Shown here: piece by piece, positions 53,869 through 63,998 of the stretch | Layout of the letters: the number at the start of each line of letters is the position of its first letter | Position numbering within the stretch: position 1 is the stretch's first letter | Source: Nitrospinales bacterium | GTDB lineage: Bacteria > Nitrospinota > Nitrospinia > Nitrospinales > VA-1 | DNA: 64,000 nucleotides | Assembly: GCA_965223795.1 (NCBI GenBank) | Contig: CBDCXL010000002.1 | Location: forward strand, 3,104,001-3,168,000 | Direction: 5' to 3' | Notes under the pieces: generated by a model | The model's database searches: none | Told to the model about the DNA's origin: nothing | What the model saw: the letters and a program-made list of their open reading frames with translations, nothing else | Made by a program: the position numbers and the translations under genes

Positions 53869-54938
53869 GAGCTTACGGTCACTCCTTTCGGTTTGGTGGT
53901 CCAGGTGAGTTCGGGGCCGATGAGGCCGTGTGATTCGAGATGGCCCAGCACTTTGAGCCGCATCATCAGTGAATCGCGGAAATTCGCGTCGTTGAACTGC
54001 ATCGCTTCAAGGCCTTCCTTGAGTTCGGCGACGGTGCTCAACAGGTCGTACTCAGGCTGGTGGTTCGGCGCCAGCCTGCGGAACAGGCTGAAATCGACCT
54101 TGTAGGAGCGTTTGTCCGGCTGTGCGTCGGTGTTGATGGAGACTTCGGTGCCGGGGATGACCTTGGCCACTGCCTGAGCCAGTTCCTTCACCTGGTAGTT
54201 CCAGCTGTCGGTGCCGATGTTGACGGCGATGAAGTCGCCGGCCTCGGCGGGATCGCGCACGATGGCCCATTCGAAAGCGCGGGCCATGTCTTTGACGTTG
54301 ATCAGCGGCCGCCAGGGCGTGCCGTCGCTCAGGATGGTGATCTTTCCGGTCGCCACGGCGGAGGCGACGAAATCGTTGAGCACCAGATCCAGCCGCAGCC
54401 GGTCGCTCATGCCGCAGGCGGTGGAAAACCGCAGCGCGGTGACTTTGAAATCCGGTGCGGCCAGGTGCTTCAGTTCCTGCTCGGTGAACACTTTGGATTT
54501 CGCGTAGGCGGTGAGCGGGTTCAGCGTCGAGTCTTCCGTGCGGGCGCCGTCGTCCGCGCAGCCGTACACGCTGCAGCTGGAGGCGAAGCAGAAGGACTTG
54601 ACGCCCGCTTCTTTCGCCAGCTTGGCGATGTGCACGCTGGCGCGGTAGTTGATGTCGAGGGTCACTTCTTCATACTTGTTGCCCATCGGATCGTTGGAGA
54701 TGGCCGCCAGGTGCACGATGGCGTCGATACCTGAAAGAATCTCCTGAGGAAAATCCCGCACGTCGCCGAAATACTGCACGTCCACGTTGCATTCGGGCAG
54801 CATGGCCGTGTTGGTGAGGCATTGGGCGAAATAGCCGATGTCGAACCCGATCAGCGTGGCTTCGGGGAACGTGCTGCGGAGCTGTTTGACCACGCCGGGT
54901 CCGACGTAGCCCATGTTGCCGGTGACTAGAATCTTCAT
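53865..54938 (-). CDS. NAD-dependent epimerase/dehydratase (SDR)
   Basis: TGNMGYVG, HLAAISNDP, ASSCSVYG and YAKSK. Confidence 0.9.
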   Translation of the reverse strand: MKILVTGNMGYVGPGVVKQLRSTFPEATLIGFDIGYFAQCLTNTAMLPECNVDVQYFGDVRDFPQEILSGIDAIVHLAAISNDPMGNKYEEVTLDINYRASVHIAKLAKEAGVKSFCFASSCSVYGCADDGARTEDSTLNPLTAYAKSKVFTEQELKHLAAPDFKVTALRFSTACGMSDRLRLDLVLNDFVASAVATGKITILSDGTPWRPLINVKDMARAFEWAIVRDPAEAGDFIAVNIGTDSWNYQVKELAQAVAKVIPGTEVSINTDAQPDKRSYKVDFSLFRRLAPNHQPEYDLLSTVAELKEGLEAMQFNDANFRDSLMMRLKVLGHLESHGLIGPELTWTTKPKGVTVSS

Positions 54939-54947
54939 GGGGTTTCC

Positions 54948-56147
54948 TCAGTTAGAATGGCGGTCGATTTCATCACACACATATTCAGCGAAGGGGATGG
55001 CGCAGGTGAACGCGGGAGAGACTGCGTTCAACACGTGCATGGAGTCTGCGTCCCCTTCAAGAACAAAATCCATGATCAGTTTTTTCTCTTCAATATCCAG
55101 AAGCTGGGCGCGGATGCCCGGTTTTCCCCAGTGGTTGCTTTTGCGCCCGCCATTGGTGTTTAAAAGATGGGACGCCAGCGACACCAGATGCGTCTTGGAG
55201 TATTTGCGGATCTCATCGAAGGCGAGCTGCTTGAAATCGAAACCGGAAAACGCGAACAGGCCGAGCTGCCGGAAGATGATTTCCGAAAACTCGGACAGAT
55301 AGAAATTGTCCAGTCCGGAGTACTGCTCGCGCCAGAACGCCGGGATGGCCGTGGGGCCGATCTTCACCTTGCCATCCACGGTGACGGTGTAATGGACGCC
55401 GAGAAACGGATTCCTGAGATCCGGAACCGGGTAAATATTGGTGCGCAGCGATCCCTTGAGATCGTCGGAGTACAGGTACAGACCCTTGAACGGCAGGATG
55501 CGGTATTTCTGCGAAAAGCCGTAATCACGGGCGATGTGATCGGCGTACAGTCCCGCGGAGTTGATGACGTAACCCGCTTCGATCGGCCCTTCCGAGGTGG
55601 TGACCGTTTTGCCTTTGCGGCTGATGTAGCGGATGCCGGTTTTCATCTCCACGCCTTCGGCGATGGCATCCTGCTTCATGGCGTGCATCACTTCCAGCGG
55701 ATCCACCGAAGAGGTGGTGGGGGAAAACAGGGCCCGCTGATGGGTTTTCACGCGCGGCTCGATTTCCTTCGCTTCCTTCTCGGTGATCTCATGCAGTTCG
55801 ATTTCGTTTTTCTGGCCGCGCCGGATCAGCTCGTCCAGGTAGTCCAGGTCGTTTTCATCCTTGGCGACCACCAGCTTGCCGCATTTGTTGATGCGGAGAT
55901 TTTTGCGGTCGCAGTATTCGGTGAGCAGGCGGTTGCCGCGTTTGGTGAACCGGGCTTTCAGGGAATCCGCGGTGTAATAGAAGCCGGCGTGCAGAACGCC
56001 GCTGTTGCGGCCGCTGGCGTGGTAACCGCAGTCGGGCTCCTTCTCCAGCACCACGACCCGCGCGCCGTGTTTGCGCTGCTTCAGTTCGCGGGCGATGTTG
56101 AGGCCGATGACACCGCCGCCGATGATGAGATAATCCGTTCCTTGCAT
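54948..56147 (-). CDS. lhgO: L-2-hydroxyglutarate oxidase-like FAD-dependent oxidoreductase
   Basis: IIGGGVIG, ASGRNSGVLHAG, IYPVPD..PFLGVH, GIRAQ and NAVSPAFT. Confidence 0.8.
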   Translation of the reverse strand: MQGTDYLIIGGGVIGLNIARELKQRKHGARVVVLEKEPDCGYHASGRNSGVLHAGFYYTADSLKARFTKRGNRLLTEYCDRKNLRINKCGKLVVAKDENDLDYLDELIRRGQKNEIELHEITEKEAKEIEPRVKTHQRALFSPTTSSVDPLEVMHAMKQDAIAEGVEMKTGIRYISRKGKTVTTSEGPIEAGYVINSAGLYADHIARDYGFSQKYRILPFKGLYLYSDDLKGSLRTNIYPVPDLRNPFLGVHYTVTVDGKVKIGPTAIPAFWREQYSGLDNFYLSEFSEIIFRQLGLFAFSGFDFKQLAFDEIRKYSKTHLVSLASHLLNTNGGRKSNHWGKPGIRAQLLDIEEKKLIMDFVLEGDADSMHVLNAVSPAFTCAIPFAEYVCDEIDRHSN

Positions 56148-56152
56148 TCCGT

Positions 56153-56920
56153 TTACCAGGTTTTCCAGTCGGCGTTGCCGGAGTTCCAGATGTTTTCCAG
56201 TGTGTTCTTGTCGCGCAGCGTGTCCATGGGCATCCAGAAGCCTTTGTGCTTGAACACCGCGAGTTGCTGCTGGTTCACCAGTGCCTGCAGGGGTTCGCGT
56301 TCCCACCAGACGTGGTCGCCGTCGATGAAGTCGAGCACTTTGGGCTCGAGCACGAAAAAGCCGCCGTTGATCCAGCCGCTGCCTTCCGCCGGTTTTTCGA
56401 CGAAGGACATGATCAGATTGTCCTTGATCCCCATGGCGCCGAAGCGGCCCGGAGGCTGCACGCCGGTGACCGTCGCGAGGCGGCCGTGTTTCTTGTGGAA
56501 GTCCACCAGGCGGTTGATGTCGATGTTGGACAAGCCGTCGCCGTAGGTCAGGCAGAACGAGTCGTCGTCGAGGTGGTCCTTGATCCGTTTGATCCGGCCG
56601 CCGGTGTAGGTGTCGTGCCCGGTGTCCACCAGCGTGACCCGCCAGGGTTCGACGTTGTTCTGCAGCACTTCCATTTCGTTGGTCTTGAGGTTGAAGGTCA
56701 CGTCCGACATGTGCAGGAAGTAGTTGGCGAAGTATTCTTTGATCATGTATCCCTTGTAACCCAGGCAGATGATGAAATCGTTGATGCCGTGGGAGGAATA
56801 GGACTTCATGATGTGCCAGAGTATGGGCCTGCCGCCGATCTCGACCATGGGTTTGGGTTTGAGGGTGGTTTCTTCGCTCAAGCGCGTGCCCAGACCGCCT
56901 GCCAGAATGACTGCTTTCAT
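56153..56920 (-). CDS. rfbF: Glucose-1-phosphate cytidylyltransferase
   Basis: ILAGGLGTRLSEET..KPKPMVEIGG, LTYGDG, WINGGFFV and GFWMPMDTLRDK. Confidence 0.95.
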   Translation of the reverse strand: MKAVILAGGLGTRLSEETTLKPKPMVEIGGRPILWHIMKSYSSHGINDFIICLGYKGYMIKEYFANYFLHMSDVTFNLKTNEMEVLQNNVEPWRVTLVDTGHDTYTGGRIKRIKDHLDDDSFCLTYGDGLSNIDINRLVDFHKKHGRLATVTGVQPPGRFGAMGIKDNLIMSFVEKPAEGSGWINGGFFVLEPKVLDFIDGDHVWWEREPLQALVNQQQLAVFKHKGFWMPMDTLRDKNTLENIWNSGNADWKTW

Positions 56921-57649
56921 CGTTTCAACCTCGTGAATGGGTGATCGTTGCCGCTGAATTGGAGAGTGTTCGAATCCTTGTGGTGCCCGGTCCGCCGCCG
57001 GCCCCGTGTCCGGTCGCTTTGGAGCCGGGTGCCTTCAAACCTGGGTGTGCCGGATACGAACGAATTTATCGAGCCTCCCCCTCCCGGGAATTCCCGAGAC
57101 CGGGATTTCCTTTTAAAAACAAGTTGAATGCAAAGGCGCGGGTGTGGGAAGAGGTTGCATCATCCATCCCTCAAAACCACACCCTTTTGATGGAATCAGG
57201 ATGCCATTGAAATCTTAAGAATGGATTAAGGGTGTGTAACGCTTTAGTTACAAAAGATTGCAAGTAATCGGCCGTTTTCCAGGGGTTCTCGCTGCATTCA
57301 GATGCACACCGGATTCCTTAGAAAAACAGCCCGGAACTCTCTGGAACCAGATTTACAGAGAGGTTCCTCATTGCGATAGGTGCTTAGAGTTCCGATATTA
57401 CCCAAACCCCGGAAAGCTTGTCAAGTGAGGTGTACGCAGGGCGTGTGCCCCCGGTCACAGCCGCAAGCCGTGGTATTTTAACGATTTTCTAAGCCCTTGA
57501 AATGTAAATGTAAGCGGCTGGCGGGGCGATTGGGAAATCTTTGAATCGGGGAAGCCGGGCTATGCGGAACAATAGATATACATATTGTATAAATATGAGT
57601 GGGCAAGCACGAGGGAAGAGGGTGAGGGGAACAGACTAACGTGAGCGGG

Positions 57650-58759
57650 TCAAACGATGACGGGTTCCGGCTGTAACTTCACCGGACGGCGGTAACGGGG
57701 AAAAAAGTTTTCTGAAAGGACGATCGCTCCATTGCGGTTTTCGTGCGCCGCGCGGGCTCGGTTGAGCTCCGCGTACAAAGCGGGATCGAGGATCATTTTG
57801 ACAATGGCAAAGTCCTGCATTTTTTTAGAGAATCCCGCCTTGAAATCCAGAAGCGAATCTTTCGCGGCACCGACGCCGCCTCCAAGATGGAATTGTGCGA
57901 AGCCGTTTTCCGTGCCCCATCGTCTCACGACATCGAAAATCAGTTTCAGGCCGCTGTACTTTCGCTGATCCGACGGGGTTCCTGACAGGTGGTATTGAAT
58001 GATGTTCCCATTCGCGAAGAACATGGCGGTGCTGATCACGACTCCATTGAGCTCCGCGAAATACAGTTTGATTTTACCGCCGAGTTCTTTTTTGAAGTTC
58101 AGGTAGTACTCTTTCGGGAAGAAATAAAAATCCTGAGCGTCCCGGTCGCGCATGGTCTCGTTGTAAATGGCGATGAATTCATCGATGCGCTTGAAGGACT
58201 CGTCTTCAATCACAGTAACGCCTGCCTTAACCGCTTTACGGAGGTCCCGCCGCACTCTCTGGTTCATTCCTTTTTCCTGATCTTGCAAAGATTCGGTCAG
58301 ATCGAGCACGACGGTGGGGCCGAGCGTGACGACTTCGGCCAATCCGCCCAATAGCCATTTTGTGTCCAGCAATGGATTGAGGCGGCTGAACAAGGAAACG
58401 ATATTTTTCTCCTTCAATGTTTTGTGCAGAGCCTGCTGAAACCCGGTTCGAAACGCAATCGCGCCCCGATCTTTCTGATGCACGTTCGAGATGACACCGG
58501 AGTACCCGTACACGGAAGCGGCGTCGTTCAGTTCATAACTTTCCAGTCCCGTCACTTGGGACACCGGACGGACCAGGAAGGGAAGGGCCGCCCATCGGGT
58601 TTCATCCTGATAGGTAAATAGATACGGCGTGCCTTCTCCCATGAGCTGCGAAACCCGGTGGTATTCCGGACCGTGATAAATATCATGACGACCGCAGCGT
58701 TCCAGGGCTTGCAGCCAGAGCGTTCGCTGTTCAATGGGGATGAGTTTGGTTTGTGTCAT
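57650..58759 (-). CDS. GNAT / FemAB-like acyltransferase
   Basis: SVYGYSG, FIAIYNETM, FYFF, YHLSG, FHLGGG and LLDFKAGFS. Confidence 0.75.
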   Translation of the reverse strand: MTQTKLIPIEQRTLWLQALERCGRHDIYHGPEYHRVSQLMGEGTPYLFTYQDETRWAALPFLVRPVSQVTGLESYELNDAASVYGYSGVISNVHQKDRGAIAFRTGFQQALHKTLKEKNIVSLFSRLNPLLDTKWLLGGLAEVVTLGPTVVLDLTESLQDQEKGMNQRVRRDLRKAVKAGVTVIEDESFKRIDEFIAIYNETMRDRDAQDFYFFPKEYYLNFKKELGGKIKLYFAELNGVVISTAMFFANGNIIQYHLSGTPSDQRKYSGLKLIFDVVRRWGTENGFAQFHLGGGVGAAKDSLLDFKAGFSKKMQDFAIVKMILDPALYAELNRARAAHENRNGAIVLSENFFPRYRRPVKLQPEPVIV

Positions 58760-58978
58760 GTCATTTCAAACGAAACGCAATGAAAGATGTCTTGTTTCCA
58801 CAAATTTGATGGAATTATAAATACGAATCCAGCAAACTTAAAAGAATTTTTAAATTCCGAAACCCGAAATAAATTTCAGGTCAATGAAAAACAATCACTT
58901 CGGACTGGTGCAAAAAAAACCGACTGTGTCCCAAAAAGGGCTGCGGAAAAGTTCCGGCACTTCTCCGCTTGGCCGGGA

Positions 58979-60196
58979 TCAGAAATTTTTTATAGCGTGA
59001 AACGTGTTTATCACTCGATGTTGATCTTCAACCGTCAGATTCGATCCGGACGGCAGGCAGATTCCGGTTTCAAACAGCCGTTCCGAGACACTCTCATTCG
59101 GGCTGTGCGGAATGTAGTCGCAGTTTTTGAACAAAGGCTGCAGGTGAAGCGGTTTCCACACGGGGCGCGCTTCAATGTTGCGGGCCTCGAGCGCATTGAC
59201 GAGGTCGCGGGCGCTGTAACCGGTTTTTTTCGGGTCGACGGTCAACACGGTCAACCAGCGGTTGGATCGCCCGAACGAGGCTTCCGGCATGAACTCCAGG
59301 CCTGGAATCGTGTGGAGCGCTTCATGATACCGTTTGAACACGGAACGCTTGGCGTCCATTCTTTCGTGCAGAACCCGCAGCTGTCCCCGGCCGATTCCCG
59401 CGAGCACATTGCTCATCCGGTAGTTGTACCCCAGCTCGCTGTGCTGATAGTGCATGGCGGGGTCTTTGGCCTGGTTGGCCCAGTATTTTGCTTTTTCGAT
59501 CAGCCTGGAATCGTGGGAGACCAGCATGCCGCCACCGGAGGTGGTGATGATTTTATTTCCGTTGAAGGAGAACACGCCGAGTTTGCCGAGTGTGCCACTG
59601 AACCGGCTTTTGTAGGTGGCGCCCAGAGATTCGGCGGCGTCTTCGATGACCGGCACGTGGTAGCGGTTGCAGATGGCTTTCAAAGCGTCGATGTCCGCGC
59701 TTTGCCCGTACAGGTTCACGATGACCACGGCTTTCGGCATTTTGCCGGTCTGCTCAGCTTTTTTAAAGGCGCGGGTAAGCGCAGGCGGAGACATATTCCA
59801 GGTTTCCGGTTCGGAGTCGATGAACACCGGATTTGCGCCCAGGTACAAAATGGGCGACGCGCTGCCGATGAAAGTGAGGGAGGAGCAGAACACCGTGTCG
59901 TCCTGATCCACACCGAGCAGCCGGAGCGACAGGTGAATGGCTGCTGTCCCGGAACTCAACGCCACGGCACTTTCGGTGCCGACATAGCTTGCGAATTCGT
60001 TCTCAAATGCGTCTACATTGGGTCCGCCGGGAGCGATCCAGTTCGTGGAGAAGGCCTGGGCGACATAATCTTCCTCTTTCCCGCCCATGTGCGGCGGAGA
60101 AAGAAAGATGCGCTTGTTGAAGCGCGGGTTCAGGTTCGGCCCGGATGCGTCCTTCTTTTTTTTCGGCGGTGATTCGACGCTGAATTGAGAAATCAT
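58979..60196 (-). CDS. DegT-family sugar aminotransferase (PglE/EpsN-like)
   Basis: IFLSPPHMG, SSGTAAIHL, IEDAAESLG, SFNGNKIITTSGGG and GYNYRMSN. Confidence 0.92.
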   Translation of the reverse strand: MISQFSVESPPKKKKDASGPNLNPRFNKRIFLSPPHMGGKEEDYVAQAFSTNWIAPGGPNVDAFENEFASYVGTESAVALSSGTAAIHLSLRLLGVDQDDTVFCSSLTFIGSASPILYLGANPVFIDSEPETWNMSPPALTRAFKKAEQTGKMPKAVVIVNLYGQSADIDALKAICNRYHVPVIEDAAESLGATYKSRFSGTLGKLGVFSFNGNKIITTSGGGMLVSHDSRLIEKAKYWANQAKDPAMHYQHSELGYNYRMSNVLAGIGRGQLRVLHERMDAKRSVFKRYHEALHTIPGLEFMPEASFGRSNRWLTVLTVDPKKTGYSARDLVNALEARNIEARPVWKPLHLQPLFKNCDYIPHSPNESVSERLFETGICLPSGSNLTVEDQHRVINTFHAIKNF

Positions 60197-60256
60197 AGAA
60201 ACAAGTACTCCGAATTATTGCGATTGATTTGCAATGAGTGTCGTTTGTATTATTTT

Positions 60257-60922
60257 CTAAACCGAAACCTTTGCATCTTTTGCGGCCGTATCCGCTGGGT
60301 TGGAAGCGGCTGGATGGTTTTGTCCGGTCGTGGTTTCATTACCCATGAATTTGGGGCAGGAGAAATATCCGTCCTGGCTCACGCCTTCTCCAGAGAACAC
60401 CTTGATAAACGTCATCGCGATGATTTTCAGATCGAGGAACAGGGACTGGTTGTCCACGTACCAGGTGTCGAGCTTGAACCTTTCATCCCAGCTCAGCGCA
60501 TTGCGTCCGTTCACCTGTGCCCATCCTGTGATTCCCGGCTTCACCTCGTGCCTTCTGGCCTGTTCGGAGTTGTAGCGGGGCACGTATTCCATCAACAACG
60601 GGCGCGGCCCGACCAGGCTGATGTCTCCGATCAGCAGGTTGAACAGCTGCGGGATCTCGTCGAGACTGTAGCGCCGTAAAAATTTCCCCAAAGGGGTCAG
60701 ACGTTCGTTGTCCGGAAGCAGTTCTCCTTCGGCGTTGCGTTCATTCGTCAGCGTCCGGAATTTGCGAATGTAAAAGGGGCGTGCGTGAAGACCCGGCCGC
60801 TTTTGCGTGAAAATCACGGGAGAACCCATTTTCCAGCGGACGATGCAGGCCAGGACAACGATCACCGGGCTCAGCAAGATGAGGCCCGTCAGCGCGGTTA
60901 TGAAATCAATCCCTCTTTTCAT
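60257..60922 (-). CDS. Undecaprenyl-phosphate sugar phosphotransferase (PglC/EpsL-like)
   Basis: KRGIDF, SLDEIPQL, SLVGPRP and KPGITGWAQVNGRN. Confidence 0.92.
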   Translation of the reverse strand: MKRGIDFITALTGLILLSPVIVVLACIVRWKMGSPVIFTQKRPGLHARPFYIRKFRTLTNERNAEGELLPDNERLTPLGKFLRRYSLDEIPQLFNLLIGDISLVGPRPLLMEYVPRYNSEQARRHEVKPGITGWAQVNGRNALSWDERFKLDTWYVDNQSLFLDLKIIAMTFIKVFSGEGVSQDGYFSCPKFMGNETTTGQNHPAASNPADTAAKDAKVSV

Positions 60923-61137
60923 GGTTTGTATTGAAATCCTTAAAGTTGGTTTTCAATTGAAAAGGAAGGAATGAAAGCGGTGTTTCGGCTTGATTTCCCC
61001 TTTTCTTAAATGTAACACGCAAAATATTGCGAACAAGTCGTATTTGTCTCGTGTTCATGTCAGATGAATCTCTTTTTCCTTATGGGGATACGGTTTTTCA
61101 GGCAATTTCCGAATGCCGTTTCGGAGAGCAAATATTT

Positions 61138-62277
61138 TCATTTTGAGTCTCCAGGATCATCGTTTTGCAGGTTCATCGTGCGCAGGATGACCGCGTTTAC
61201 TTTGTGAACGTCGAAGCGCTCTTCGGCCATTTTCCGGCTGGCTTTTCCCATTTTAGCGATCAGCTCGGGTTTTTTGATGAAGCGTTCCATCGCCTCGGTC
61301 AGCGCCTGCGCGTCCTGCGCCGGAACGAGGAACCCGTTATCGCCTTCCTCCACCGTTTCCCGGCAGCCCGGAGCGTCGGTGGTGATGATGGGACGCCCCA
61401 TGGACATGGCTTCCAGGATGGAACGCGGGACGCCTTCCCGATAAAAAGAAGGGAGCACGTACACGCTCGAATCCGCGATGAAGGGCCGCACGTCGAGGGT
61501 TTCGCCGCAAAACTCAATGCCGTTTTTCTGCCATGCATCCACCTGCGGTTTCTGGATGGCGGAGGGATTGCTGTCGAACGAGCCCAGCACGCGGAACGCG
61601 ACATTGGGATACCTTTGCGACAAGGTCCTGGCGGCGCTGGCGTATTCGTGCAACCCCTTTTCCTTTATCAGGCGCGCCATCAATAAAAACACCAGCGTCT
61701 TGGTGACGGGCGGGACTTCGGGGAAGTATTCCAGGTCCACGCCCGAACCGTTGATTCGCACAGCCTGCGTGTTTTTGCCGATCAGGTTCCATTTCTCGAA
61801 ATCTTTCTGGTCGTCCGCGTTCTGAAAAAAGATGGCGGTGTTTTTAGACAACGCCAGCTTGAAAAGGCGGCGGATCGCGAAACCCAGCATCCTGCCTTTC
61901 AGCGATCGGTTGCTGAACGAGTTTCCCAAACCTGTGATCATGGAATAGCGTTGCGGAACGCCTGCCATGCGGGCGGCGAGCGAACCGTAGATTACGGGTT
62001 TGAATGTGTACGCGAGCAGCATGTCCGGCTTTATTTTTCTGAAAATGGAATACAGGGCCGAAAGCGATTTCAGATCCTGGAACGGGTTGGTGCCGGTTCT
62101 CTGCATGGGCACCGCTTGAAACGACACGCCGATCTTCGCCAGCTTGGCTATCGTTTCATCGTGAATGTCCGGCGCGCAGGCGACGACCGTGTGTCCCGCC
62201 TGCACCATCGCTTTGAGCAGGGTGCCGCGGAAATTGATCAGCGATTTCGCATATCCTGCAAGAACCAGAATCTTCAT
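61138..62277 (-). CDS. Glycosyltransferase family 4 (PglA/WbpU-like)
   Basis: SLINFRG, KPVIYG, GSGVD and REGVPRSILEAMSMG. Confidence 0.9.
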   Translation of the reverse strand: MKILVLAGYAKSLINFRGTLLKAMVQAGHTVVACAPDIHDETIAKLAKIGVSFQAVPMQRTGTNPFQDLKSLSALYSIFRKIKPDMLLAYTFKPVIYGSLAARMAGVPQRYSMITGLGNSFSNRSLKGRMLGFAIRRLFKLALSKNTAIFFQNADDQKDFEKWNLIGKNTQAVRINGSGVDLEYFPEVPPVTKTLVFLLMARLIKEKGLHEYASAARTLSQRYPNVAFRVLGSFDSNPSAIQKPQVDAWQKNGIEFCGETLDVRPFIADSSVYVLPSFYREGVPRSILEAMSMGRPIITTDAPGCRETVEEGDNGFLVPAQDAQALTEAMERFIKKPELIAKMGKASRKMAEERFDVHKVNAVILRTMNLQNDDPGDSK

Positions 62278-63998
62278 TTCGGTTGCCTCTGTTCGCTAAA
62301 CCACGCCTGAAACATCAGCACGTCCCAGAGAAAGTACTGCCAGTCGCCTTTGTGTTCCAGGTGCTCCTTCCAGATCTTTTGAATGGGCGCCGGATTGAAA
62401 TACCCTTCACGCTTGAGACGGTCCGCGTGGATCAGGTCTTCCGCCCAGGCGCGCAGCGGGCCGCGCAGCCAGGCACCCACCGGCACACCGAATCCTTTTT
62501 TGGGCCGTTCGATGAGCTGTTTGGGCACGTAGCGGTACAACACCTGGCGCAACAGCCATTTGCTCTGGCCGTTTCTCACTTTCATATTGAGCGGCATGCG
62601 CCACGCCGCCTCGACCACGCGGTGATCGAGCAGCGGCACCCGCGCTTCCAGGCTGACGCCCATGCTGGCGCGGTCCACCTTGGTGAGGATGTCGTCGGGC
62701 AGGTAGGTCACCGAGTCGAGCAGCATCATCCTCTCCATGAAGTTCGGCAGGAATTCCGAATTCCAGCCGTTGCTGTGATGGGTCGCGGGCTCTTCGCTGT
62801 TTAACACCAGCGCCGCCGGGTCATTGCAGTGAGACATCAGCATCCGGTAGATCTCTTTCGGCGTGCCTGCCTTGAGAAACCGGGAAAACGTGTGCACGTT
62901 GTGTCCCAGGTTTTCCAGTTTCAAACCGGCGGGCAGCAGAGAGCCGAACGGCGCGGCAAGGCGGTTCCAGCCTTTGGGCGACACGGTTGCCAGCGTGTGT
63001 CCCAACAGGTTGCGGCTCCAGGCCGGGAAGCGCCGGACGTTTTCCCAGACCCGGTGTCCGACAGCGTAGCGGCCGTATCCCGCGAACAGTTCGTCGCCGC
63101 CGTCGCCGGACAAAGAGACGGTGACCTTCTGTCTGGCAAGCTGGGAGACGAGAAAGGTCGGGATCTGCGACGCATCGGAAAACGGCTCGTCGTAAAGTTC
63201 CGGCAGGCGCGGGATGACGGCGCGCGCTTCCTCGGCTGTGACGTAGAGTTCGGTGTGGTCGGTTCCCAGGTGCTGAGCGACTTTTTTCGCGTCCTTGGCC
63301 TCGTTGTGTGTTTCCTCGAAAAAACCGATGGAAAAGGTTTTGACGGGATCGTTGCTCTGCGCCTGCATGAGGGCGACGACGGTGGAGGAGTCGATGCCTC
63401 CGGAAAGGAACGCTCCCAACGGCACGTCGGCGATCATGCGCAGCTTGACGGCGTCGCGCAAAAGCGCATCGAGGTGCTCGACGGCTTCCTCATCGGAACC
63501 GGTGAACGGGTTTGCCGCTCCCTGCTCGGCCGCCTGCCGCGCCGACCAGTACGCTTCGGTTTGCGGCTCGGATCTTCCGCCGCTGCATTTGAGAGTCAAT
63601 ATGTGGCCGGGCTGCAGCTTGGCGATCCCCTTATAAATAGAATAGGGGGATGGCAGATAATTATGCCGCAAAAACAGGGTCAGGGCGTTGCGGTCGATCT
63701 CGTTGCTGAAATCGGGATGTTCCTTGAAGGCTTTGAGCTCGGAGGCGAAGAGGAAGGAATCGCCCTGCCAGCCGTAGTAGACGGGCTTGATGCCGAGCCG
63801 GTCGCGCACGAGATGCAGCGTTCTTTCGGTGCTGTCCCACAGGGCGAAGGCGAACATGCCGATGAACTTTTCGACGGCGTTTTTGAGACCCCAGTGCTCG
63901 ATGGCTTCCAGGATCACTTCGGTATCGGAATGGCCGCGCCAGCCCGTATGCGGCAGTTCGTTTCGGATCGCTTGGAAATTGTAGATCTCGCCGTTGAA
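62274..63998 (-). CDS. asnB: Asparagine synthase (glutamine-hydrolysing)-like amidotransferase, 5' end outside the window
   Basis: FNGEIYNF at the window edge, SDTEV, RDRLGIKP, LSGGIDSS, SGDGGDELFAGY and KVDRASM. Confidence 0.93.
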   Translation of the reverse strand, partial: FNGEIYNFQAIRNELPHTGWRGHSDTEVILEAIEHWGLKNAVEKFIGMFAFALWDSTERTLHLVRDRLGIKPVYYGWQGDSFLFASELKAFKEHPDFSNEIDRNALTLFLRHNYLPSPYSIYKGIAKLQPGHILTLKCSGGRSEPQTEAYWSARQAAEQGAANPFTGSDEEAVEHLDALLRDAVKLRMIADVPLGAFLSGGIDSSTVVALMQAQSNDPVKTFSIGFFEETHNEAKDAKKVAQHLGTDHTELYVTAEEARAVIPRLPELYDEPFSDASQIPTFLVSQLARQKVTVSLSGDGGDELFAGYGRYAVGHRVWENVRRFPAWSRNLLGHTLATVSPKGWNRLAAPFGSLLPAGLKLENLGHNVHTFSRFLKAGTPKEIYRMLMSHCNDPAALVLNSEEPATHHSNGWNSEFLPNFMERMMLLDSVTYLPDDILTKVDRASMGVSLEARVPLLDHRVVEAAWRMPLNMKVRNGQSKWLLRQVLYRYVPKQLIERPKKGFGVPVGAWLRGPLRAWAEDLIHADRLKREGYFNPAPIQKIWKEHLEHKGDWQYFLWDVLMFQAWFSEQRQPK

